Positions 23,715 through 37,853 are shown, counted from the whole stretch's first letter. The stretch is 58,211 nt of DNA, filler included, from Sphacelaria rigidula (GCA_964200075.2; 8 parts of 8 records of this genome joined end to end with filler, not necessarily neighbours in it), one strand, 5' to 3'. Made by a program: numbers and translations. The notes: generated by a model from the letters alone, not told the origin.

Positions 23715-24314
23715 ACCGTACGAGCTGGGCCAGCCAAGAGTAGGTGTGAATCTCGCGCAGGCGACGCACGGCGCGATATTAGAAGTTGGACGACGAAATT
23801 TTGACAGCAGCTTTTCATGATCGAAATGCCGAAGGTCACGGGACCAGCAAATAAAATTGAAAAAAAGAAGAAGTTATGGGCATTTGAAATTTCAGCAAAA
23901 ACAAGATAATGCTATAAGTCCAGGGGGAAAAGGAGAATCTGCAGCTGGAAACGTGAAGTATCAGTTCTTTGGGTGCAGAAGGTCTTCCTGAAATTTCAGG
24001 TCAAGATTCGTCGAATTGGGCCGCGCGTTCAACATTTTCCGTGACGCTGCTGCACCCTTATAAATCAAGTGATGGGAGACTAAAGTTGTGCAGGTCATGA
24101 GTTCGAATCCTGACAGATTATCCTTTTCTTTTCGTCCGTTGTTAAGGTCATACATTGTGCAGTACATTTTTTTTTCATTTAGAGGCGATGCCGTGTGTCT
24201 CCAGGTTGGTCTGCACTTCACAGTGATATGATTACATCGGGTTCATTCGGGAAACTGGGGAAGCTGTGGTGTGAGAAGGTCTAGCAGCTTTTAAGCTGGC
24301 CCAGCTCGTATGGT
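23715..24314. mobile_element. TIR-bounded MITE containing a tRNA-like B-box segment; inverted relative at about 56780-57308
   Basis: TIR ACCGTACGAGCTGGGCCAGC / GCTGGCCCAGCTCGTATGGT; internal GGTCATGAGTTCGAATCC shared with the contig 8 copy. Confidence 0.7.
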
Positions 24315-27300
24315 CAACGGGAAAAACCGTTTTGCGCACACCACGTCGGCTAATTCGATCATCCCCACCTCCTTCAAGCTAAAAGTAGTGCTCTTGGGTG
24401 GCGTTCCTGTAAGTCGTTGGTTTGTTGTACGTTGCATACACATATAACTCATCTCACTATCGTCGGTGGATTATTTTCGTGAGCCGATTCAAAACGTACG
24501 ACGGTCCCTGACGGGTAACCAGGGTGATGAATATAGACATGGCTAGCGTTAGGATGACGTCAAGCCTGGGAGTCTTGATTGAGACTTTTCGCGATCGGCT
24601 ACACCGTACGAGGTGTTGATCATTTCCTCGAAACACGGTTCATGAGTATTGCCTCGATTATCGGACGGTCCGGTCTTCAGGTGTTTTCATCGCGTCTGCC
24701 TTCAATGATTCCCAGTATTGATCTACAGAGGGTCACCGATCTTTGTGACTGACTCGGGGGGGAAACTGGATAGTTTACAACTCCACAGAACGTGAGATCA
24801 GCCAGATATCCTACAGTATTGCGTACCCGATCGCACGACATTTCTCGTTTCTTAATCACACTGTTTTTGGTTGGACCAAAGCATAACACCAAAACATATC
24901 ATCCGAATATTCCGCTGACATATCTCCCTATTGACAAGCTCCGTCGTCGAAGCACTCCAAAGGTTTTTACTCCGGCTAAGGAAAGGTGCAAGACAAAATC
25001 AATCATGAAGGGAGTGATATACGAAGCGATATGCATGAAGGGTATCTGTGATGGTGGCACGGTCGCATGTCTACAGCTGACAAAAACTGCCAAGGATCCA
25101 CCTCTGCTCGCGTGTTTTGTTAACACATGCGCCCCATGATAGACGTTGCCCACAATTGCAATGCTAGTCTGAACTCGATGAGTGACCTCAAGTGCTGTAT
25201 AATCAAGTACACCTCCTCTCCGCCATTCGTGTGTCCTTGCACGGAGACTCGCCCCGGCCGCTGCACTCGGTTAGGTGTCTGGCGCACAACTACGTCTGTC
25301 TGTATTCCGGAGGCAACTATACTGAACAGGCTCTCTCGCATCTCCATCACGGCTGAGCAGTGCCTGCATAGTGGCGAAGGGTACATGGGATACTTCCTCT
25401 GTGCCATACGTGAAGTATTTTGCGGTGCAGGTCGTATCTTCCCTACGGAGATGCTCACGATACTATGGTTAAGCCCGTACGAGAACGTAAAATCATGGAG
25501 GTGCCCATTGAAAAATTAGATATATCCGAGTCATATTTACTGAGAAGTTTGGGTCAAAATTGGCGAAACTTTCGGGACCATTGTGGAGCATACCAGAGTA
25601 TCGGCGCGGCAGAGAATATCTACGTTGAAAACGGTGATAAAAAACGACCAGGAGCCCTTCGCTAAGGCCTGGGACTATCTAGAATCAACTTCCAGGGATA
25701 GTGAGGATGACTCATTTTTTCATAAGCATTCACCCCCGTTCCAAGGGCAAAATACTGCCATTTGCGGCCCGAGTATTTTTTTCGGCTGTTGGCCCATGCA
25801 GGGTAATGCGCGAAAAGAGAAAAAATAAACTCAAATTGGCAAAAAAAAGTTCGGCGAATCAACGCCTGAGACATCGGACACGGTTGAGGGACACGAAGAC
25901 GAAAAAAACGTTGCTTTTGGCACAGAAGGGGTATACATGTGTACGAATACATTGTAACACTGTTTTTGGCTCGCTCTCATGTAGAGCTCGTGGGTGAGAG
26001 CTCATGCCCAAATAACAGGGATATTCCCATAGAGCTGAGCCGCAACCTGCCGCAACAATTGTTTTTCGTTTCCCTCGCTTTGTGCGTTTGTGATCCGACG
26101 TGTGTCTGCTTTTTTTCTTCGTTTACGGTTGTTGTTCTTGTACTATGGTGTTTATAACTGAGGCCATGCTGCGGAGGCCGGTCATTCTTTCGGTTATGAC
26201 TTCTTCATCAACATGGATAGTTTCATCTGGACTCCTTTTTCTGCATCTCGTTCTCTCCTGCCCTCCCCTTTTTGTTTGCTTCGTGTTTTTAGTTCGTTTA
26301 CTCTATGTTCTATTTTTACTCGTCCCCCTCTCTCGAGTTCCATGAGCATGTTTCCCTTTCGTCTATTCCGGGCATATCTATCTTGTGACCGCGGCTGGAT
26401 CCGTAGCGGATGAGTTTATGCGCAACAGTTGACAAAACTTATAACAAGTGCGATTATTGCTACACGGAGAATATCATTCATCCACCGACAAGCTTTCAGT
26501 GTCGAATTTGTCCTAGCCTGCACCCCATAGTCTACGTGTTGAATCCTCGATGTTATCGAAAAGCACAACCTTACACCCGATGAATCAGGTGTTGTTCATC
26601 GAATGATCTCGAATATAAACTCATAACAACGCAATCCAGCCCATACAACCTTCCAATCTCCCAACCTTTGCCTGCGTGGCCCCCGCAGTTATACAAAATC
26701 GAAGTGGCAGCAGCACTACTCCAGGATACCCGCGCTATCATTGATAACTGTTCTTCTGGTTATTCTGCGAGGAGGTTTCTGGAAACAAGATAGGAAACAA
26801 AACAAATGACCAGCATACACCTGCCCCAGCGAGCTGCCGAAAATATTTCAGTACAATGTCAAGAATGAATTGGGGTCGCCGAGTTTGCGGCAACTCCACA
26901 TCTTGTAGTAAACGTCCTTTGACGCATCTTCGTCGGAACGTCGTGTGCGCGAGATACCCTGCCGTGTGTGCTACTTCTTGTACAGTGTTCAGGCGGCACC
27001 GGCGGTGTGATAGATCTCGAAGCTGTGATTCAAGGAATAAGACAACAGAAACTGAACGCGAGCCACCGAATGAAGAGAACAAATACCACGGCTATAAACA
27101 CTGAGTACGATTCACGAACGGTAAGGAAAGAGATCGGAGGTGTGTGTAGCAAGCGGCGGTACGAATCGGTAACTCCACGGAGAGTGCCGTGTGCATGGCA
27201 GCAGACGCAACACATTGAGAACTGTAACAAACACACTACGTGCAGATGGGGGGTACTGTGGTTTCGTTGGGTACACTCGCGTTTCGCACTACAAACCAAT

Positions 27301-28490
27301 ACATGCAACAAAAGTGCACCGGAAGGTAGCACCGCAACCAACGTAAACCGAGTTAGCAGATGATGCTGAGGTTTGGCAGCCGAAGAATCCAGCAGTGCAA
27401 CATGCCATAATGTAGACTATGATAGTAAGCGGTACAACCACAACACGAGGACGTTCGCTCTAGCTCCTCTTGCAAAAGAGAAGCGGAAAAGGTGCCATCT
27501 TCTCACCCATTCGAAGTCGTCAGCTGCCGCCAGTGTCGCAGAGTGGTCGCCGCGAAAATATCACTCAGCCAGGACGATAATCCACCCAGCCTCTGGGTGC
27601 TTCGCATGCCGGTGTGCGCGATTCAAGTAAGTACCCCTGTAGAGATGCAATGGAACCGAGATCCTTGATAAAAAGACGTGGATACGTGCCGTGCTCGCCG
27701 GCACAGGATGCCGGCGCCGAGGCGTTTGATGTGGCAACGCACCCCTTCACACTCACAGTCACCCCCACTCTTGCTCAAGATATTCGTTTATGCAGACCAT
27801 GTATGTACTGCAGTAGGTGGTGCCGTGCTGTGTCCGGATAAACAGGAACTAGCGCGGATATGGGATAGGGTTTGAAAAAGAAACGGCACAAAAAGCGCAT
27901 GATTATCAAACGACCAGACTTAATGCGGTACAACAGCAGACGCCATGTATATCAACAGACGATCAAGCACAATTGCGTGCAATTCAAAATATCAAACCTG
28001 CACAGCTGCCACCCGCCTGCCATCCCCTGCGGTCAGAATAAACTCACACCGGCGCGCGGGAAGGGACATCCACCTCCCGGAATCCAATAGCTGCATCCAC
28101 CAGCGCACGCTCCTCCGCAGACAGCAGCCCACCCTCAAACGTTGTCATCCAATTCCACTCGGTCATGAACCCTCGCGCCTGTCCTGCGTGTGTTTGGGGT
28201 GACATGCCGAATCCTTCGCCTGCTGCCGCTTCCATCCCCGGTCGATGATGGCCGCACACGGTACCCGGAACTTCACAGTCTTTGCCCTCCCTTTGAGGGT
28301 GACAAATGTCCGTTCCCCCCCGGCTTTTGATCGTTGCCTCACCTCTCAACTTACGCGCGACGTCATGCTCCTGGGAACATGGCCCTTCGCATTCAGCCCT
28401 GCCGTGCCCTCCACGTACACTGGTGAACTGTACTACGCTACAGCCCAAAACGATTGTTGTGTATTCGTGCCAACAACACTTAGCCTGCAG

Positions 28491-28541
28491 TTGGTAGAGA
28501 AGGGCTCGGTGTCCTTGCAAGGCATATCGGGCGAGAAACAG
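28491..28541 (+). CDS. Putative isolated 51-nt exon (LVEKGSVSLQGISGEKQ)
   Basis: CCTGCAG| acceptor and CAG|GTGAGG donor; no partner exon identified. Confidence 0.35.
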
Positions 28542-29602
28542 GTGAGGTAGTACGATTTTTAGGCTGTGTCACGGGGAAGAACACCCCCCCTCCCACCCAG
28601 CGTGAAGCTTTCCGTTGTGAAACGTTTTCTCTAACTCCGATTTCCTCGGGACGTGCGGCAGACCGCCGAGGGATTCTCGAAGATAAAAACATCGCCTCCG
28701 TTGGATCCTTCATATTTCCATGGGCTCTGTAAGAGCGTGGAGCCTCGCCTCTCACGAAATCGACATTGAAACTCTCGTCGGCGGGAGAGTTATTCTGATC
28801 ATGAACCTCACGATGGTGTAAAACGCTTCTGTACGCAGTTCATATCGTACAGCTGACCCCAGCGCAACAGTCGCTATTTGTGTGCCGCTGTGCCATTGTT
28901 GGTGTTTTCCACGTGGAAGCTGTAGAGTGCGTCGGACACTGTGCAGGATGGCCTTGCTGTGATCTGTGCGGTGTATGCAAGAATTGCTCATCCATGGGGG
29001 GGGGGGGGGGGAGGTTGAAACACAGCAACAACAGCCCACAAAGTGGAAAATGGAAAANNNNNNNNNNNNNNNNNNNNNNNNNNNNNNNNNNNNNNNNNNN
29101 NTTAATTAATTAANNNNNNNNNNNNNNNNNNNNNNNNNNNNNNNNNNNNNNNNNNNNCTCCGGGTTCTCATCCTCAATGAAAAGCACCATCCTCAACATA
29201 GATGATCGGCTGTTCCAAGGAGATCATGTACGGGTCGCACGGGTCATCCAGATCATCATCGGACAGATATGTACGAATCGCACGGGTCATACACGTCGGT
29301 CATCACGCCATGTGTGCAGAGCAACCGGGTTTATAAGTTACCACACGAGAAATGTATAAATACTAAACGGGCCGCAAAGATCATTCAGCTGATGATCGAG
29401 CAGGCTTGCGGGGATAGTCGTGCTTAAACTCCGGCAATGTACACGTCACTGACTCTTCTCCGGAAATTTTCGTCTGACGCCGGCCGAACGTCATGATGAA
29501 CCAATCGAGCATATGGCTGTATTCTGTTTCTTTTTTTGCCCGCCGCGCATGAGTGTACACCCTGAAATTACGAAAACATTCATCCATACAGACGCTGACA
29601 CA

Positions 29603-30017
29603 ACTGAATACTGTCTATTGCATACTTCGTTCGGATGCGCCGACAGTGCACACATCTTCAAAACCAAGTGCAGCCCTACCGTAGAACCACCCGGGATAAA
29701 ATATACGTACTTCATTTTCCATATGCCCGGGTTGCTACAGCCAACATACAGACTTGTGAACATGCACATTGTACCAGGGCCATACGGGTTAGCAGGTGAG
29801 GATTACTGAATACCGTTCATTGTATACGTCATTCGGATGCGCCGACAGTGCGCACATCTTTGGGCAAAAGATGCAGCCCTACTGCGGAACCGCTCGGAAT
29901 AAGATATACGTACTTCATGTTCCATATGCCCGGGTTGCTACAGCCAACGTCCCGACTTGTAAACACGAATTATACCCGGGTCATACACGTCAACAGGTGA
30001 GGGAGTTGAATACTGTC
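29603..30017 (+). repeat. Diverged tandem duplication of about 203 bp (two units plus the start of a third)
   Basis: TGAATAC...TTCGGATGCGCCGACAGTGC...TCCATATGCCCGGGTTGCTACAGCCAAC...CAGGTGAGG occurs twice. Confidence 0.85.
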
Positions 30018-30439
30018 TCCTTCGATACTTGATCCTGATCTTGCATACTTGATCCGGATCTTACAGGTGCGGGAAAGGGTTTCTTGTACACTAGATTCGG
30101 ATTCCACGGGTCACGGGTAGCTTTTGGTGTACATGCGACTCGGATCGCATGGGTCGACGACAAGCTATTGCGCTTGCCTGACCCGAGTGAGATAAATCAC
30201 AACTACGTGATGTTGGACAGATGACGCGGCTCTGCAGATCACTTGTGCACGAAAGTGTTCGTGTGAACCGGGTCGTAGAGCTCATCACTCGGCAAAAATG
30301 TATGAGTCAAACGTGTACTGGTGACAACTCACCTCGGACGGATCATGATCTATGCCCCAAATGAGCTGAGCCGGATCTGTAATGAGCTGATCCGTCCGAC
30401 GTGTGCAATCTTTCAACGAAAAAAGCGTCGAAACAAGTG

Positions 30440-32758
30440 TCAAAACCTCTAGAATTCCGAACATGATGAAGCCTTCGAAAATCTGAAACAGTGAATGACC
30501 GACGCACCCATCCTTTATTTTCCAGATGTCACAGAACACTTTACGATAAATGTCGATACATCAGGCGGGGGCGCGGGAGCATGCCTGTCCCAGAAGAAGG
30601 GCCATGAACGCAATCGTAGGATACTTCAGTCAACGTTTCGACGACGCTCAATCTCGCTACTCACTCACCATGAGAGAATGTTTTGCGGTCGTGCTGGCCA
30701 TTCAGCGTTTGAGACCTGTTTTTGTGGGGCCGTCACTTGACGTGTGTAACTGATCATGCCGCTCTTCCATATCTATATACAATGCAAGTTTCGAGCAATA
30801 TGTTGGCTCCTTGGGCGATCGCATAACAATGGTATGATTACACGGTCAGACACAAATCGGGAAAACCTCATGCTATTCCGGACACTGCTTCACGATTACT
30901 CGCTTTCGAGAAGCGACAAGAGGCTGAAATGAAGCCGTTGTCGACACCAATATGTCGTAATGTACCAGAAGCCCCCCCCGTTGCAGCACCAGTTTCAAAT
31001 ATCAAATGAGAAGCTCGACAATCCACACCAGTACAAAGTGACAGAGAGCTGTTCACCGTGAAATCAGTATACGTGAGCGCCACGGAGGTCTTCATGTCAG
31101 TCGACCGCGAATAATTTCAGAAAGAGCAAGCACTGGAGTATGCACTCTACATTCAATATATCACGGAAGAAGACGTTCCGATACCAGAAGAAGAGCCAAT
31201 CGCACTCATGCCATACTTCTTAGTACAAAATGGGGTGCTATTCAAATTACATCTGCCTGGACAATTGAAAAAATGAAGCACAGTCCGTGACCAACTTGTT
31301 CTACCCAAGACCTTGGCGAGCTTCGTGCTACACTTATATCACGACCATGCACTGCCCGGAGGTCACGTGGGTTTCAAGCGAACTTGTGACAAGATCCGGC
31401 CGAAGTTCTGGTGACCGTCAATGAACCCCGATATAAAGAATTGGTGCTCACGATGTCAAGGTTGCCACCGCCGAAAAACGACCAACAACCGGCAAAATTG
31501 CTGATGGGACACTTTCCGGTAGAACGGCCATACGAGAGAGTGTCGGTAGACGTGGTCTAATACAAAACAGCTTCGATATCAAACGCTGGAGAACTATGCA
31601 AATATGTACTGCCCATAATGGATCACCTCACAAGGTCTCGAATGAACAGGCCACGTCAATGGCCCAAACTCTCATCGATAGAGTGTTTACTGCATCTGGA
31701 ATTCCGGAAAAGCTGCATACCGACCAAGAAGCCGAATTTGAAAACATACGCACTGCGCAAGAGCTAGGCTTCAACAAAACTCGCATGATACCGTGACGCC
31801 CACAGAGTAATTCAATGTCAGAACGAGTCCACGATATATATATATATATATATACGATGTTAGCTACGGATATGTCAGTGGGAACCAAAAATTGGGCGTC
31901 CATGCTTTCGTTCATACAAATGGCGTACGATACGTCCTATCACAACACCGTGCATGAGACACCGTACTTCTTATTGCCCTGAAGACAGCCCAAATTACCA
32001 GTTGAGATCATCCTCGCCATCCCTGAGGAAAGCCAAGCAGCAACACCCGAAAAAGTTTCCAATGAAATGCGGGAAGACCTACAGTTGAGCCTTGAATTTG
32101 CGAGATAAGCTCTACGAGAAAGAGCGAGAGAGCAAGAACACAACAAGACCAACAAACTACAGCCGTTCCCAGTGTTCGAACCCGGCCAAAATGTGCTCAT
32201 TTATCGACCGTACCAGGACTCACAAGACCCGAATCCGAAACTACAAAGTGCCATGGGAAGGACCTTTCACGAGACGTGGGAGACGATCGCCGGTTGTCTG
32301 CTGTAAAATTGGGCGACGACTCTAGGGGAGTGTCATTACATCTCGCTCACTTGAAGGAATATCACTCTAGAGAGACACCGCCAGCACCAGATTTCGATAC
32401 GTTGAGCGAGTTGTTCATAGGCAAACGGACACCTCTACCAGAGATAAATCAACCACACGAAACAGTACATAAAATATAGCGTTACGTGGTGAAAAACGTG
32501 GTCGGCCACGCTCCAGTACCAGGTCGGAGAAATCTTCAGAACTATAAAAATCGGTTGAGACTCAAAGACTACCGCCCAGCAGCCGACCTAACCTACCGAG
32601 CCGATGACGTACCACCATATAAACATCTCATCGATAAGTATCGTCATGACAATGGGTTAGCAGAGTGCTCAACATCAGATTCAAACTCAAAAATACCAGG
32701 AAATGGAAACGGGAGTGGCTGTTTAACAGACTGTTCCAGCGTCCTAGCAAAACGCTGA
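30440..32758 (+). mobile_element. Decayed Ty3/Gypsy pol: RT connection/RNase H, integrase (HHCC, DDE, GPF) and chromodomain-like tail
   Basis: EAFENLK-MTDAPILYFPD, FTINVDTSGGGAGACLSQ, YFSQRFDDAQSRYS, YHDHALPGGHVG, GIPEKLHTDQEAEFEN, WEGPF and YVVKNVVGH, with many stops and frameshifts. RH-before-IN order is the Gypsy arrangement. Confidence 0.92.
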
Positions 32759-33078
32759 AGGGTTCAGCAGTAGCCTAGAGTAATATTTCGGAAATCGGTG
32801 AGAATTACGCACAAAACGACGTTAGAACAATACAGACATGAGCGGAATAACATCCGGCATATCAGCAGTGATGGAGGTACAACTCCCCGAGGGAGGTGTC
32901 CTTTCAGCAATCGAGGTAATTGCTGATAAGCAAGGGTCATTTGGATGATGTTTTGCCAAAGAGCACAATGCTCACAGGATGTATGAAACACAAACATCGT
33001 GCCCACTGCTTTGTCACTAATGCAAGGTCTTTATCCTCCTCACGTGTCCGCGGATTCGAAAGGCATCCCAGACCCTGA

Positions 33079-33332
33079 GGGCAATGCTACGGTAGGTGTG
33101 CACGTTTTGCGCAAACTCTTGCCTGGTTCCGGGGCTCCTAACGATTCTAGATGCACAAGAAACGAGTCAAGGCATCCCCGTTTGCAAATTCATTCGGGGT
33201 ATTCCTAGCACACTGGAAAAGTAATCCCGGCGTACTTTCAAATATTTCATAAGTGGCGCTTTGAAATAGATAAAAACTCCTAGTAATTCCAATCTGAAAA
33301 ACCATTTGTGCAACCTTACCGTAGCATTGCTC
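33079..33332. mobile_element. MITE family B (Sola2-like), copy 2
   Basis: GGGCAATGCTACGGTAGG...CCTTACCGTAGCATTGCTC; flanks CTGA/CCGA. Confidence 0.8.
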
Positions 33333-34559
33333 CCGAGCATGAATAAGCGGCAGTCCGTGGATCGGAAATCGTCTCACCGCCCAGTCATGTGTAACCGGCA
33401 GATGCAACCAGCATCAAAATGCAGATACATCTAATGGAAGTATGTCACATATTACAACGGCATGACAGATAATACTGAAATCAAGGGTTACAAATGCATG
33501 CACCGTTGATGACCACAAGTAGCTAAAATTTACAGGAGATGTTTGATCAATGCCACAGTATATAGAAGGGCTACCCTTCCGATTAGCATAGCATGATCCA
33601 ATAAACAATTATCACTCGAAGAAGCTTCCATGAACATATCATCCGCGAAGCCGATAATCGCCTCGTCTCACAAGCCACAGTTCCAGTGGACTTGAGACGC
33701 ATGAAGCGGGGAGGAGTGTGGGAGACACCTCTTTGCAGTAACAGCACGGTGTTACGATAGGAGGAAAGGGGGGGGAGGGGGGGGGGAAGTTTTATTTCAC
33801 GAAATTCCACTTCAATCGCCATCGAAAGCTGCCACCAGTTGTTCGAACGCGTTTGCTCCCGATAAATAACACTCGTTCAAACTGCTTTACACCGCTTCCA
33901 CCCAAATACGAGCGCACCACGAGTGTTTCAGGTAGTTTGACGCATCTTTGAGCACATTTTCGCGTGGAATCGAATACCCCGCTACCGTATCGTAGCATGG
34001 GTCATCAGAGATTGGTGCTACACATGTATGAAGAACCGGGCATGTAGGTAAAAGGTAGCAACGGTCCGAAAGGATCCGATTACCGGGACCTTGTAAGGCC
34101 AACGATACTAGACAACTCGGGGCCATGCCAGGAAGAGCCTGATATCAGGGCGGCCCAACATCCCATGGGGAGATGGGTTCATGTCACGATGATCACTTTC
34201 GAGTCTGAATCTCTTCTTGCCTACATTACACAAGAGAAAATCATCACCAACCTCGGAGTTTCTTGGGCATCCGGAAGACTTCTCCACCGACAATCTTACC
34301 CGCAGGCCTCTGTCGATCGTAGCGATACGACTAGCTCATACCACGTTATTCCGAATATTGCTTCATTATCATGCAGTATTATTCATCCTTTCGTTACCTT
34401 TTTTGTTTTTGTATTGTACTGGGTTTCGTGTCTCGCCTCCGTAGAGCACGTGGCTAACATTTTGCGCCCGAATACTGTGGTTCCCAAATAACGTTGTCGG
34501 CATATATTATTCCTGGGCAGTCTTCATTCACCTGAGGCCATGCTTCAGGGGCTGGCATT

Positions 34560-34790
34560 TCTGTCTTTTCTTCCTTCCTTCCTTCCTTCCTTCCATATTG
34601 CGTTTGTCATCATTAGTACTATTGCTAACGGGACTGGTAATAGTGTGTCCCTCTCCTCCTACACTTTCCCTTCCTTTCCTTTTCTTCCCTTGTATTTTCT
34701 TTCCTTTTATTTCCTGTCCTGTCCTGTCCTGTCCTGTCCTGTCCTGTCCTGTCCTTTCCTGTCTTTTTCTTCCCCTTCCTCCCGTCCGTC
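34560..34790. repeat. Polypyrimidine microsatellites (CCTT)n and (CCTGT)n
   Basis: Direct reading. Confidence 0.85.
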
Positions 34791-35036
34791 CTATTTGATG
34801 TATCCTTCTTCTTTCATCGTCTGTCGTTCTCCAGTTCTTCATTCAGCGAGTGTATCCGTCATATGTCCGCGGGTGTGTCTATTTTGTGACGACCACTGAA
34901 TCTCTCGGGAGTCAGCTAGTGTGGAGAACCCGATTTAGTCAACCAATCAAAATATTCAGCGAAACGTTTTTTCACTGGTATACTACTACTTCTCCGCATC
35001 TTGCGCCTCCTCGTCTCGTGCACCCAGCTACTGCAG

Positions 35037-35126
35037 TTTATCGTGGCCGCCGACGAGACCATGATAATGCACAAGGATATTTCCATGGAGAATATGTACG
35101 TGAACAACGCTGACAACGCGCAGGAG
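35037..35126 (+). CDS. Putative internal exon (FIVAADETMIMHKDISMENMYVNNADNAQE), possibly a divergent TrpRS-like segment
   Basis: CTACTGCAG| acceptor and strong G/C third-position bias. The donor is uncertain (GC donor after GAG, or GTACGT earlier). Confidence 0.4.
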
Positions 35127-37853
35127 GCAGGACTGGCGGTTGGCGGATTCGGGGCTGCTCAATATGGACGAACGAATGTCAGTTGCAGCAGGTTGTGTCC
35201 AATGCTAAGAAACGAAAGTGATTGGGACGAGTTCGTCGTCTTCAGGACCATGCATGCCACGGCCGCACTTCATTTGAATGGGTGTCTTTGCTTCGATAAT
35301 AGATTTCACCGCGGTGTTGATCCCTGCCTTGCGCCGCATATTCGGAACACAAACGATACCCTTCGGATGTTTAGTGGGACTTTTACACAATGATGATGAA
35401 AGCGTGTTCTTGAAAACACTTTCGATCGCAGCTGTACGACGATGGCCGTCTTGCGTTTTGCAGGGACGCCCTGCCCTACTCGTAAGGTATTCAAAAACAT
35501 TGAGCACTCGATAATAGAGTGTCAGTTTTGTCAGCACCGAGTGTTCGAACCAGACACGTGGGAGTCCTTCTGCCGGAAATATTGATCTAAACGCATATGC
35601 TGATCGTCTCGGAGGTGTGAAGCTCACCGCCGGAGGCCATTTATGGTCCCTTTAGGTTGTCCACTCGGGGGCTATCCCACGCTCAGGTTGGATTCAACTG
35701 TTATGCACAAGTGGGCCTCGTTCGAGCAACCAGTTAATTGGAGAAAGGCACTCGTCTGGCCGTGAGATGGCTCTCTGCAACTATGTAGGCAACTTCGCTC
35801 TTCTCCATCGATGATGACAGCATGCTAAAAATCCTTTATTGCCCGAAGAAATTCCGTATGGAAGACCTTCCGCTTGAGCATACATCGGGATTAATCCGAC
35901 AGATTCACTCGTTCATGCCGTTGAATCATGTGTTGTTGCATGTTCGCTAGTGCTTGAGGTATCCAGCCGAGGTCACTCGACCGGTGAACCCATGGTAAAT
36001 GAGCGAAAACCGACGGTGTTTGTGGAGAAAGCGAAAGCAGGTAGCGATGTAACAGCACCGGCGACAAACAGTAGTACGAAAGTGCACGCAGAGCCACGCG
36101 AGGAGTGCCCGAGCAGCTCCCTCAAGTCCGGATGGTACTCATCACATTGATGAGCCACAAGAGAGGTAATCCCTGTAGGTACAAGTGATCTCTTCATCAG
36201 ATCCTGGTGTCTCGAGTTGGTGAAATCAGACAGTCTGACTGTCTAGGCGACACTTTCTACGATAGCCCCCTCAAAAAAGTGCATGGTTTTGGGAGGCAAA
36301 ATCTTCACGCATTTCGAAATGGGAAAGGCCGAGCACAACGAGAAGCNNNNNNNNNNNNNNNNNNNNNNNNNNNNNNNNNNNNNNNNNNNNTTAATTAATT
36401 AANNNNNNNNNNNNNNNNNNNNNNNNNNNNNNNNNNNNNNNNNNNNTTTTGGTGGGGGCGGGGTGTGGGGGTGTGTGGGGGGGGGGGGGGGGGGGGGGGG
36501 TGTACTGCGGCATCACTCTACAGTAGTACATATCCTCCTGTACACGAGCTACCGTGTGTTTCGAAACAGGGAAAAGTGGTCTTGGTTCACCAATATGGAT
36601 TTAACGACTTCCACCTACCCTTTGGCGCGGCGTGATGGAGAGCAGGAGAGGAGATGTGGAGTGCACAATGAGCAAACAACCACTCGAACACGCTAGCCGA
36701 GTGGGAAGTACAATCTAAACTCACCTCGAATGGGTGAGGTAATCAAAACGGCATAAACGTGTGTAGTAGCTAGCACAGTAGTGGCAAAATATAGTTCGTC
36801 GAGTCTTGCCACTTGGTGCATGCGGTATGCTTCTCCAAGAGCCGTCTCGAGAAGCACAATGGTGTTGTGGCACTTTCCGTGAAATGGTGCCGGTTTTTAA
36901 ACGGCCACGGCACAACAAGAGGTATTGGCAATACGACACGCCCTTCGGCTGGGAGTGGCTGCTGCCCGAAAACGGTGAACAAAACTCGAGGTTCACTTCT
37001 CGCTTTTCGCACAGCACTACTACAACTAATCCTCGAGAGATCCAGTCGTGGTCATGTTTCACAAGATCGACGTACCCAAGGTGAACAAAACGGGAACAGT
37101 CGCCAAAAAAATCTCGAGAAAGGGATAAAACATATACGTACATATATAAATATATATATAAGACAGAACAAACACACAAGTCAGGAGGTATTATTGACCC
37201 TTAGGACGTGAGGATAGTACATCTGGATCATCATGCATACTTTATTCGAGTGAAATTGATGTCGATTCAGCAGACGACCTACCCTCGCGGTCTGCTTATT
37301 TTTGTCTGAGGATCAAAGTTTTTTTTTTTACGGATATCTGATTGTTTCGGGCGGAAGAAAAAAATCCTCTCCCCGAGAAATGTGAGAGAAGATTTCTTGA
37401 CCAAATCAAGCAATACATCGACTCAAGAATGACTCAAAATTACTCCGAAAACCGAGCGTCGGACTATTTTTCACCATTTTTTTCTTTGAAAAGTCGACAA
37501 AAACTCCAACTTTCCTGTAAAAGTCGGAAAAGTATTGGGAAAACGTCCCGTTGAGGGTTGTTCTTAACGAATTAACGAGACTGTCTCTCTCCAGACTTTT
37601 CCGACTTTGATGTCGAAAAAAGCAAAGTCCATCCCCGAGAAACATGACAGGTTGATTTCTCAACCAGGTCAAGGACTGGAATGATCGAAGACGGACTACA
37701 CATTACTCGGGAAACCCAGCGTTGGATTTTCTTTTCAGCGATTTTTCTTTGTTGTGAGTCGGGGAATCGCTCCGAAAAAAAAATGAAAGCATAAAAAGGT
37801 ACCCGTTTATAACGACCTTAATAATACCCCCAGGTTGAACGAAAACAAGATAT

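Noticed and set aside
24061..24115. tRNA gene (also near 44505-44545 and 56890-56945)
   Set aside because: Only a T-arm/B-box-like piece; no full cloverleaf.
26780..27870. Possible hAT transposase relic
   Set aside because: Isolated hints (TCRWG, TLAQDI) are too weak and no TIRs were found.
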